From: a virus
Length of the DNA: 36,754 bases
Direction: 5' to 3' (one strand)
IMG/VR virus record: IMGVR_UViG_3300029867_000009
Span: 1-36,754 of that record
In this document: positions 20,873 through 27,077 of the stretch, piece after piece
Layout: every line of letters starts with the position of its first letter
How positions within the stretch are numbered: the first letter of the stretch is position 1
Position numbers and translations under genes: made by a program
Notes under the pieces: generated by a model
Seen by the model: the letters and a program-made list of their open reading frames with translations, nothing else
Database searches by the model: none
Told to the model about the DNA's origin: nothing

Positions 20873-21436
20873 TTAAGAGACGGCCTTCTTCTGAGCCACA
20901 CCCCTAGCGCCGAAAGCTCTATGCAGGTAAACAACAGACACGCCGAAATCGTCTGCAATGTCTTGGTTGCCACCCTTCTTGCCGGACCAAGCTTCTCTGG
21001 CCTCTTTAAAGCGGTCACGCACAAGCTTCTTCTTGGGGCCGGGCTTCGCTCCAGTTTTAGCAGCAGCGCGACCCGGTGCGGTCCTTGTGAACATAACGCC
21101 ACGTTTAACAGTGGTGAAGTGTTCCCAGCCTCTAAGCGGTATCAGCTCTTTGGTCTGCAAGTCGTAAAGGTCTGCACCCTTGTCGCCAATCATGCCAAGG
21201 AATACATCGAACTTATTGCCGAGCGCACCAAGGAACGGGACCACAAGCAAATCATTGCCTGGGTCACTGCGGAACGTAAGAGCAATATCCTTGATGTCAT
21301 CTTTACCCATACGCCATACATGCATAGCGTCAACGCCGTATTCAACGAGCTGTGCAGTCTGTTCCTCTATGGTGATTTCACCTTTAACAGCGCGTACAAT
21401 TCCGATTTTGTGCCGGTCGCCAACTTCATTGCTCAT
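20873..21436 (-). CDS. Resolvase/invertase-like protein with a degenerate catalytic core and a C-terminal HTH
   Basis: ATG at 21436 with GGAG 6 nt upstream. KIGIVRAVKGEITIEEQTAQL aligns to the resolvase GYARVSTxxQ region without the Ser. LLVVPFLGALGNK aligns to LDRLGRD without D/R/R. The HTH is NQDIADDFGVSVVYLHRAF. Confidence 0.55.
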   Translation of the reverse strand: MSNEVGDRHKIGIVRAVKGEITIEEQTAQLVEYGVDAMHVWRMGKDDIKDIALTFRSDPGNDLLVVPFLGALGNKFDVFLGMIGDKGADLYDLQTKELIPLRGWEHFTTVKRGVMFTRTAPGRAAAKTGAKPGPKKKLVRDRFKEAREAWSGKKGGNQDIADDFGVSVVYLHRAFGARGVAQKKAVS

Positions 21437-21451
21437 AAATAACTCCAAATG

Positions 21452-21484
21452 GGTCTTGTAATAGTTTATTGGTCTTGTTATATA
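21452..21484 (+). promoter_or_regulatory. Divergent control region: two 12-bp direct repeats plus a rightward promoter (TTGTAA-17-TATATA)
   Basis: GGTCTTGTAATA (21452..21463) and GGTCTTGTTATA (21471..21482), spaced 19 bp apart. The -35 is at 21456..21461 and the -10 at 21479..21484. Confidence 0.45.
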
Positions 21485-21522
21485 TAATGCATGTTAACGA
21501 GAAACACAAGAAGGGCAGAGAC

Positions 21523-21720
21523 ATGAACATCAAAGAATTAAACGCAATAACAAGCAACGATGATAATGTAATCGCTATTAGCTTGGCTTTGAACGCCCCC
21601 GGATATGGTGCTGGTTTATCATCTGCGCATGTCACTGATTGGGCAAAGGATATAGTGGCCAGCGGCCTAGTTGGGGATTTCTGGAACAAGGCAGAGGACT
21701 TGATGAATGAAACAGCTTAA
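21523..21720 (+). CDS. Hypothetical protein
   Basis: ATG at 21523 preceded by AAGGGCAGAGAC. 65 aa (the track ORF extends upstream into the promoter region). Confidence 0.6.
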   Translation: MNIKELNAITSNDDNVIAISLALNAPGYGAGLSSAHVTDWAKDIVASGLVGDFWNKAEDLMNETA

Positions 21721-21868
21721 TAAGATCAAATTTAAAACCGTTGCTCAATTGAAGGCTAGCCGCCGCACACCATTGACGGCGTTAATCAAAAGCTCTCGTC
21801 CTAGCCCTAGTGATGTTTGGGAAGATGCAGACTTTGCACCGGTCAACTGTCCCCCGAAGGAAGAATGA
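21707..21868 (+). CDS. Hypothetical 53-aa protein ending in a junction box (VNCPPKEE)
   Basis: Verified codon by codon: MKQLNKIKFKTVAQLKASRRTPLTALIKSSRPSPSDVWEDADFAPVNCPPKEE. GAGGA lies 8 nt upstream. Confidence 0.5.
   Translation: MKQLNKIKFKTVAQLKASRRTPLTALIKSSRPSPSDVWEDADFAPVNCPPKEE
21842..21861 (+). repeat. Junction box copy 1 (gtcaactgtcccccgaagga)
   Basis: 18/20 identical to 23923..23942. 21853..21871 is identical to 23761..23779. Confidence 0.9.
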
Positions 21869-22107
21869 TGATTAATCCACAACCGATAGAGACAGCCCCA
21901 AAGAATGGCAGTCCGGTTAGGGCCGGCACAGAGTCGAAAATAACACCTGGGCATTTCCCTTACGGGTTGATAGTGCGCTTTGAGAACGGCGGATGGGTTC
22001 TTCATGGCGGAGATTTGGACGGGCAGACGTATGACCCGCAGCCAACGTATTGGGACCCTGACGATATTGTCAACAAACCCCCCACCACATCAGAAGGGAA
22101 AGAATAA
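21865..22107 (+). CDS. Hypothetical protein (ETAPKNG motif, DUF551-like)
   Basis: ATGATG start at 21865 overlapping the previous stop. MMINPQPIETAPKNG... Confidence 0.6.
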   Translation: MMINPQPIETAPKNGSPVRAGTESKITPGHFPYGLIVRFENGGWVLHGGDLDGQTYDPQPTYWDPDDIVNKPPTTSEGKE

Positions 22108-22403
22108 TGGCTAGAAAGATTTTAGACGATCATCCCTTCAGATTATATTTGGGCAAATATGGAACTTACTTCACCCGAGAAGACGGCGATACGAACACAA
22201 GAGAAGTGACTGAGCTTTCAAATGAAGATGTTCTTAAATTGCTATGTGAAGGCCACGGCGCAAAGGATCGCGCTCAGGGTTACATCGGCCAACTGAATAT
22301 TATGCATGATGCTTTTGATAGTCTTCATAAGGAAAATGAGGCCCTTCAGAAGCGCCTTGATGAAAGCGCCATCAAAGGCCCCATGTCGCCGGAGACTGAA
22401 TAA
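22107..22403 (+). CDS. Hypothetical protein
   Basis: 98-aa ORF with TAATG coupling at both ends. Confidence 0.7.
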   Translation: MARKILDDHPFRLYLGKYGTYFTREDGDTNTREVTELSNEDVLKLLCEGHGAKDRAQGYIGQLNIMHDAFDSLHKENEALQKRLDESAIKGPMSPETE

Positions 22404-22720
22404 TGTGGATCATTTACAACAGCGACAACAGCCAAAACACCTGGGCTATCACCCTAAGGCACCCAGATGAAAACGGCGATGGTTGGGACGTAGTGCGCGG
22501 CCTTACCCAAGATCAAGCGAACAGGATATGCAAGGCTCATAACGGCGCCATCAAATGCCCGGTTCCTAACCCGTTTCAGTGTGACCAATGCGGCAAGGAA
22601 ATAACCAGTTGGACTACGCACGGCGAAATCATTCTTTGTGACGATAAATGCAAAGAAGATTGGATCGCAGAGGCGGGGGCTGAAGAAGCTGCCAACTGTG
22701 GCCCGAAGGATGAATCATGA
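22403..22720 (+). CDS. Hypothetical protein with a Cys cluster, ending in a junction box (ANCGPKDES)
   Basis: 105-aa ORF with CPVPNPFQCDQCGK...LCDDKC. Confidence 0.7.
   Translation: MWIIYNSDNSQNTWAITLRHPDENGDGWDVVRGLTQDQANRICKAHNGAIKCPVPNPFQCDQCGKEITSWTTHGEIILCDDKCKEDWIAEAGAEEAANCGPKDES
22691..22710 (+). repeat. Junction box copy 2 (gccaactgtggcccgaagga)
   Basis: 17/20 identical to copy 1. Confidence 0.85.
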
Positions 22721-23001
22721 TTGAGAAAGTAGCAAAGGCTATTGCCTACAGGGTTGTTACAGGCACTGAGCTATCGGCTGATGAGTATTGGGATAACATT
22801 GGGGATGTATCGAAAGAGCAATATACCCTAGATGCAAAGGCAGCGATTGAAGCAATGCGAGATCCAGATGCCTTAATGGAGCAGGTAACTGCCGATTGGG
22901 GCCTGTTTCTCGATAAGGTTGATTTTGAAGCATATTGGTTTGACCGAATAGATGCGGCGTTGAAAAGCGCCAACAAACGCCCAACAATGGGAGAAGAATA
23001 A
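22717..23001 (+). CDS. Hypothetical protein
   Basis: 94-aa ORF with ATGA and TAATG coupling. Confidence 0.7.
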   Translation: MIEKVAKAIAYRVVTGTELSADEYWDNIGDVSKEQYTLDAKAAIEAMRDPDALMEQVTADWGLFLDKVDFEAYWFDRIDAALKSANKRPTMGEE

Positions 23002-23231
23002 TGGATAATGAAACCATTGAAGACGGCATAGCCGCCAACATCGAACTTGGCTTGATGAGGGCTGTTGGGCCGGACAGCTTCCAACTGACAGATATTGGCA
23101 TCGCCTATGCCGAAAACATGGCCTTTATCAATGCTCACGATGAAGAAAGCCGGTCAATGGCCGCGTTTGCTGCTGGTTATCGGGCAAGCGCCAACAAAGG
23201 CCCAGTACAGGACAAAGACAATGTGGGATAA
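23001..23231 (+). CDS. Hypothetical protein
   Basis: 76-aa ORF. Confidence 0.65.
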   Translation: MDNETIEDGIAANIELGLMRAVGPDSFQLTDIGIAYAENMAFINAHDEESRSMAAFAAGYRASANKGPVQDKDNVG

Positions 23232-23445
23232 ATTTTACAATTGGTTTTGGGAGAGTTTGCCACATAGGATTGCACAATTCCTGTGGAGCTTTCGCCCTGA
23301 TAACTGTGAGGTTGAAGGCTGTTGCAGAAAAGGCGCTCTTGGCAATGAGAATGTAATAGATGGCGTTATCGTTTGTGACTATTGCCACATGAAAACAATG
23401 ACAGCCAACAAACGCCCAACAAACAACGGAGATGGAAATGTCTGA
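23221..23445 (+). CDS. Hypothetical Cys-rich protein
   Basis: ATG at 23221 (MWDKFYNWFWESL...), overlapping the previous stop by 11 nt. CEVEGCC...VCDYCH. Confidence 0.6.
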   Translation: MWDKFYNWFWESLPHRIAQFLWSFRPDNCEVEGCCRKGALGNENVIDGVIVCDYCHMKTMTANKRPTNNGDGNV

Positions 23446-23776
23446 AAAAATCAGAATAGAAACGCTTTCAGATGTGATGGATTTACCGGCTGAACAAATC
23501 GCTGAATTTCTTACTGATTTACAGGCTGCACACACTACCCTGCAAATCGTTTGCACCTTGTCTGGACAAAAGCCGAGTGAGCATTTTGCAGGTCACGTTG
23601 ACTTCATGGCTGACGGCAAAAAGAAGCAGAACATCAAGGTTGTCATTACACCCCTATCAGTGGGCGACCGCTCGAACGCTCAAATGAAACGTGAAATGCA
23701 ATCCGAGAACATAGCCCTGCACGTTGATTTTATACGTGAACAAAATCGTGACACCAAAGGCCCGAAGGAAGAATGA
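23432..23776 (+). CDS. Hypothetical protein ending in a junction box (TKGPKEE)
   Basis: 114-aa ORF. The second ATG at 23438 is better spaced from the GGAG. Confidence 0.65.
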   Translation: MEMSEKIRIETLSDVMDLPAEQIAEFLTDLQAAHTTLQIVCTLSGQKPSEHFAGHVDFMADGKKKQNIKVVITPLSVGDRSNAQMKREMQSENIALHVDFIREQNRDTKGPKEE

Positions 23777-23779
23777 TGA
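23761..23779 (+). repeat. Junction box copy 3 (cccgaaggaagaatgatga)
   Basis: 19/19 identical to 21853..21871. Confidence 0.9.
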
Positions 23780-23958
23780 CCTCAGACTTACATATAAATG
23801 AGCTTGCCCTGAAGTGCAAAAATATCATTGATGCTTGCTTGTGCAGAAACGGAATATACGGGGACAATTCTTTGATCGCTATGGTTATTATGGCAGAGCT
23901 TAAGGCTCAGGGTATTGAGCTTGTCAACTCACCCCCGAAGGAGAACGCAGATGGATAA
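23773..23958 (+). CDS. Hypothetical protein ending in a junction box (VNSPPKENADG)
   Basis: 61-aa ORF with ATGA coupling. Confidence 0.6.
   Translation: MMTSDLHINELALKCKNIIDACLCRNGIYGDNSLIAMVIMAELKAQGIELVNSPPKENADG
23923..23942 (+). repeat. Junction box copy 4 (gtcaactcacccccgaagga)
   Basis: 18/20 identical to copy 1 and to copy 6 (24509..24528). Confidence 0.9.
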
Positions 23959-24169
23959 GCCAATGACAGACCTTGAGTTCTTGCGGGAAACAACCCCTCG
24001 CTCACTGGCCGTTATAAACAGCATTCGGGGCAACATTGCTGATTTGCATCCTGTGGATAAGATTGCTTTCCTGAATGTAATCAGCCAAGCGGTCACGGAC
24101 CTTTGGGGAATCCACAAGGCAGAGACAGTAATGAGCGCCATCAAACCCCCGGAGAAATCAAGTGAGTGA
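23951..24169 (+). CDS. Hypothetical protein
   Basis: ATG at 23951 with AAGGAG 7 nt upstream (supplied by the junction box). 72 aa. Confidence 0.6.
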   Translation: MDKPMTDLEFLRETTPRSLAVINSIRGNIADLHPVDKIAFLNVISQAVTDLWGIHKAETVMSAIKPPEKSSE

Positions 24170-24323
24170 GGAGCAGGGTCTTGAGGCGGCGTGGCGAAAG
24201 CTGCGAAACCGCATAACAAAGAAGCCGCATGACACAAACGAGGCGTGGAAAGAAACAGCCGCCGAAGTTGTGCGCGCTTACATAGTCAACTCACGCCCGA
24301 GCAAGTCAGGAGAGCCAGAATGA
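24162..24323 (+). CDS. Hypothetical 53-aa protein carrying a diverged junction box (IVNSRPSK)
   Basis: Verified codon by codon from GTG 24162 (GGAGA 7 nt upstream). TGA at 24321 overlaps the next ATG. Confidence 0.45.
   Translation: MSEEQGLEAAWRKLRNRITKKPHDTNEAWKETAAEVVRAYIVNSRPSKSGEPE
24285..24304 (+). repeat. Junction box copy 5, diverged (gtcaactcacgcccgagcaa)
   Basis: 16/20 identical to copy 4. Confidence 0.7.
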
Positions 24324-24544
24324 AGAAAGATTGGGACCGCGACGGATGGATAATTGCCTATCCCGACTATACTTTGCCCTACACTTTCAGGCCCACTCGT
24401 CGCGATGCGATTGCGAGCTTTGTTGAGAATTGGGTTGGTGGCGGTTGGGCAAGCATAAGGCGGCAAACTGGTGCCAAGTGCATCAAGGTTCACTTAGTTG
24501 ATGGATGGGTCAACTCACCCCCAAAAGACAGCGCCGATGACTGA
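24320..24544 (+). CDS. Hypothetical protein ending in a junction box (VNSPPKDSADD)
   Basis: ATG at 24320 with AGGAGA upstream. 74 aa. The track ORF's upstream GTG extension overlaps the previous ORF. Confidence 0.6.
   Translation: MKKDWDRDGWIIAYPDYTLPYTFRPTRRDAIASFVENWVGGGWASIRRQTGAKCIKVHLVDGWVNSPPKDSADD
24509..24528 (+). repeat. Junction box copy 6 (gtcaactcacccccaaaaga)
   Basis: The first 14 nt are identical to copy 4. Confidence 0.85.
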
Positions 24545-24911
24545 CAGGACATATGACATAGAACCTTTCGTATACGTGAAAATGACCGCAAGAGGCAAAT
24601 GGAATAAACGAGAGCAACTATACCTTAGAAACAAAGGCTACTTACAGATGCTTGGCCTGGACTATCAAGAAGGATGGGGCGTTACGTTTGTTTTAACAAT
24701 GCCTAAGAGCTGGTCAAAAAAGAAACGGGAGGCAATGAACGGCGAGGGAGTTAGACGCCCGAAATGGAAAGACATTGATAACCTACTGAAGTCTTTCTTT
24801 GACGGCCTTAGTTATGACGATGGAACCATAGCAGAAACTGGACCCATGCGGAAAATATGGGGAGAAAGGGGTAAGATTATAGTTCACCAAAGAGTTGCGG
24901 ATTACTTTTAA
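24537..24911 (+). CDS. rusA: RusA-family Holliday junction resolvase
   Basis: RRPKWKDIDNLLKSFFDGLSYDDGTIAE matches the RusA K-P-D-x-D-N-L-x-K ... D-D signature. ATG at 24537 overlaps the previous stop. Confidence 0.7.
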   Translation: MTDRTYDIEPFVYVKMTARGKWNKREQLYLRNKGYLQMLGLDYQEGWGVTFVLTMPKSWSKKKREAMNGEGVRRPKWKDIDNLLKSFFDGLSYDDGTIAETGPMRKIWGERGKIIVHQRVADYF

Positions 24912-24948
24912 TTAACCAGATTTAAGTTAACTAGAGAGAGGCGAGACG

Positions 24949-25257
24949 ATGAGAGACTTTTTAATTAAACTGCTGGGCGGATATACAAAAGACGGCGAGT
25001 TTGACCGCACACTTAAGGCTGTACAGCACGCACAAACCGAACGAGACAAGGAATGGGGCGCTAAGACTGCCAAGCGTGAAAAGGAAGTCGCCGCTTGTTT
25101 ACTTGCGCGAATAGAGAAGACAACCGGAATATTCCTCAAGCTGGCAGAATGGAATCACAAACGGCAATATAAGTCTTCACATATCTACAAAGAAGCTAAT
25201 GCATTAAAATCTGAAGGCATGGACCTTAGTATGAACAGAAATAAATGGTGCGCCTAG
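24949..25257 (+). CDS. Hypothetical protein
   Basis: 102-aa ORF with RBS context GAGAGGCGAGACGATG. Confidence 0.65.
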   Translation: MRDFLIKLLGGYTKDGEFDRTLKAVQHAQTERDKEWGAKTAKREKEVAACLLARIEKTTGIFLKLAEWNHKRQYKSSHIYKEANALKSEGMDLSMNRNKWCA

Positions 25258-25260
25258 TTC

Positions 25261-25596
25261 GTGCTTATACCGAAGAAAGTCAAACATAACCGGATTAAGC
25301 CTAAGCGCGCTGAGAAGCCCTCGAAGGTAGAACAGGCACACATGGACCAAGTACGGTCTGTTGGGTGCCTGTTGCGCTATGTGGGGTGTTCTGGTGCTGT
25401 GGAAATACATCATATCTTACACATGCAGGGGAAACGTGTCAGGCGGGATCATCGCTATGTTGCGCCGCTGTGTTCTCACCACCATAGAAGCCATGAAGGT
25501 ATACACGGTCTTGGGTCTGAAGAGGCCTTCAGGAAGATGTATGATATTGATTTGGTGGCGTGGGCTGTGAATGCCTGGGAGGAATCTTCTTCTTAG
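25261..25596 (+). CDS. Ref/DUF968-like HNH-type protein
   Basis: VGCLLRYVGCSGAVEIHHIL...RRDHRYVAPLCSHHHRSHEGIHGLG fits the C..C...HH...D..PLC..HH pattern. The GTG start is uncertain. Confidence 0.6.
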   Translation: MLIPKKVKHNRIKPKRAEKPSKVEQAHMDQVRSVGCLLRYVGCSGAVEIHHILHMQGKRVRRDHRYVAPLCSHHHRSHEGIHGLGSEEAFRKMYDIDLVAWAVNAWEESSS

Positions 25597-25804
25597 GTTC
25601 CATAGCAAGATTGTGGCGGCGTTCTTCTCTCACCTGCCACAATTTAATGGCAATACCCGTAACGGCTACAAATAGAGTTATTAAAATGCCATATGCTGGT
25701 GCATTAGCCCCTATGCTGTCTAGCCATGATAAACCGGATACTGTAGCGCTACCGCTTGCGCCCACTATCATCATTCCGGCCCCGGTTTTCCCTGTTAAAG
25801 TCAT
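25529..25804 (-). CDS. Two-TM holin-like protein, last gene of the late operon
   Basis: 91 aa with hydrophobic segments GAGMMIVGASGSATVSGL and YGILITLFVAVTGIAIKLW followed by a basic tail. ATGA coupling. Confidence 0.5.
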   Translation of the reverse strand: MTLTGKTGAGMMIVGASGSATVSGLSWLDSIGANAPAYGILITLFVAVTGIAIKLWQVREERRHNLAMEPKKKIPPRHSQPTPPNQYHTSS

Positions 25805-26430
25805 TTTGGCGCTTTCTCAATAGGCGGGCGGAACACCGACATAATAAGACTATTCCGGCCTCTAGTAGTATAATTGGGACTAGCCACAACGGATGCAAGC
25901 CCACTAATGCGCCCCATAAGTCTAGAAATATTCCATCCATCCCGCTTCCCACCACTAATAATTACTGCTATCTGTGCAGCGTTCAGGGCTAAAATGCACC
26001 ACGCATAGTTGTAATATATAATGTTGATTCCTGCAAGTAGCTGTTTGAATGGTGTTTGCTGCGAGTGTCCACCGCTGTATAGTAGTATTTTAATTATAAG
26101 CAGTGCGGATATAATAGCGGATAGGCCCAATATAATGCCCATTTCATCGCGGCCTTTTCGTGAATACCTAACGATTAAAGATAGGGTTGCTAGATCAAGA
26201 GCGCCAGCTATCCCATACATAGCAACGTTTGTAAGTAGCGTACCGTGTGCCGCAGCATATTCAAACACAAACGCCAGCAATAGATTTAAGGCACACACAG
26301 CGCCAATAATAAACAGTGTGGGGTGCCAAGTGTCAGGCTTTTGTACCGTAGGCAATGAAAGGCCAAGCATCCCAAAGAAGCACAGAGCCATAATCACATA
26401 GGGGGTATATTGTGCAATCTCGTAGCTCAT
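25801..26430 (-). CDS. Polytopic membrane protein (5-6 TM) of unknown function
   Basis: The ATG at 26430 overlaps the upstream stop (ATGA). There are repeated hydrophobic 18-22-aa segments. No family recognised. Confidence 0.65.
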   Translation of the reverse strand: MSYEIAQYTPYVIMALCFFGMLGLSLPTVQKPDTWHPTLFIIGAVCALNLLLAFVFEYAAAHGTLLTNVAMYGIAGALDLATLSLIVRYSRKGRDEMGIILGLSAIISALLIIKILLYSGGHSQQTPFKQLLAGINIIYYNYAWCILALNAAQIAVIISGGKRDGWNISRLMGRISGLASVVASPNYTTRGRNSLIMSVFRPPIEKAPK

Positions 26431-26687
26431 TTTTCGCAAAACCTTTCTGCAAGGTCGTTGTTATCCGCAATCTTGTCTAGATCTTGCTTTACATAGTCAG
26501 GCCACGGCTCACGGGTTAACCAAGCTTTAGTTTCCTCTGAAAACTTCTGGCTTTCAAACCAAGTGCAGTCTGTAGCAAGTTTAACTCGTATTGTGGGAGT
26601 TAGAAAACTACAAGCGCTTAACGATGTCAGCGTCAGTAGAAGAATTGTTAATCTTCCTATGCTCCGAAGCTTCTTTCCTGATTTCAT
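26427..26687 (-). CDS. Lipoprotein (o-spanin-like or exclusion lipoprotein)
   Basis: ATG at 26687: MKSGKKLRSIGRLTILLLTLTSLSAC with lipobox LSAC. The mature part has C..W...S..T..W...N....C spacing as in Rz1-like lipoproteins. Confidence 0.55.
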   Translation of the reverse strand: MKSGKKLRSIGRLTILLLTLTSLSACSFLTPTIRVKLATDCTWFESQKFSEETKAWLTREPWPDYVKQDLDKIADNNDLAERFCEK

Positions 26688-26808
26688 CTTGCTTGTCTCT
26701 GCTTTCAAGTTCAGCTTTTCTAGCACCGTCTGCTTTTAACTCCGCATCCCTAGAATTTTGCATTCCAATTCCAAGGATACGAAGAAAGCTTTTAACAATC
26801 TCAAGCAC
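26608..26808 (-). CDS. Small coiled-coil protein overlapping the lipoprotein gene out of frame (i-spanin-like)
   Basis: GTG start. 66 aa with a weakly hydrophobic N-terminus and a charged helix. The 80-nt overlap with the lipoprotein ORF resembles an Rz/Rz1 arrangement. Confidence 0.35.
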   Translation of the reverse strand: MLEIVKSFLRILGIGMQNSRDAELKADGARKAELESRDKQDEIRKEASEHRKINNSSTDADIVKRL

Positions 26809-27065
26809 TAACCGCCGCCGGGCAATGTATCGTCGCCAGGAAGTACCGGAGGGTCCGGAACAATAACCACGCGATTAGGCGCAATGTCTTTTGCTTTACC
26901 GAAGTTGAGCGCGAGGAACTCAATAATTCCGTAGATTTTACCTACAAGTTCGTCATCTTTCGGTGTTGGTGTTAGTGCAACAATAGCCTTTGCTCCCACC
27001 ATCAACGAGAGTAGTGCTGTTAGCCAAGCAGGCGCTTGACCAAATAGTTCTAAAACAGTCTCCAT
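26808..27065 (-). CDS. Small membrane protein (holin candidate)
   Basis: 85 aa with the hydrophobic stretch APAWLTALLSLMVGAKAIVAL followed by TPTPKDDE. Confidence 0.5.
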   Translation of the reverse strand: METVLELFGQAPAWLTALLSLMVGAKAIVALTPTPKDDELVGKIYGIIEFLALNFGKAKDIAPNRVVIVPDPPVLPGDDTLPGGG

Positions 27066-27077
27066 AACAAATCCATT

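Noticed and set aside
20873-21436. The resolvase-like gene could be a functional integrase/invertase and hence evidence of lysogeny or an invertible segment.
   Set aside because: My manual alignment finds no nucleophile Ser or Arg/Asp catalytic cluster. No flanking inverted repeats of hix/gix type and no att-like site were seen.
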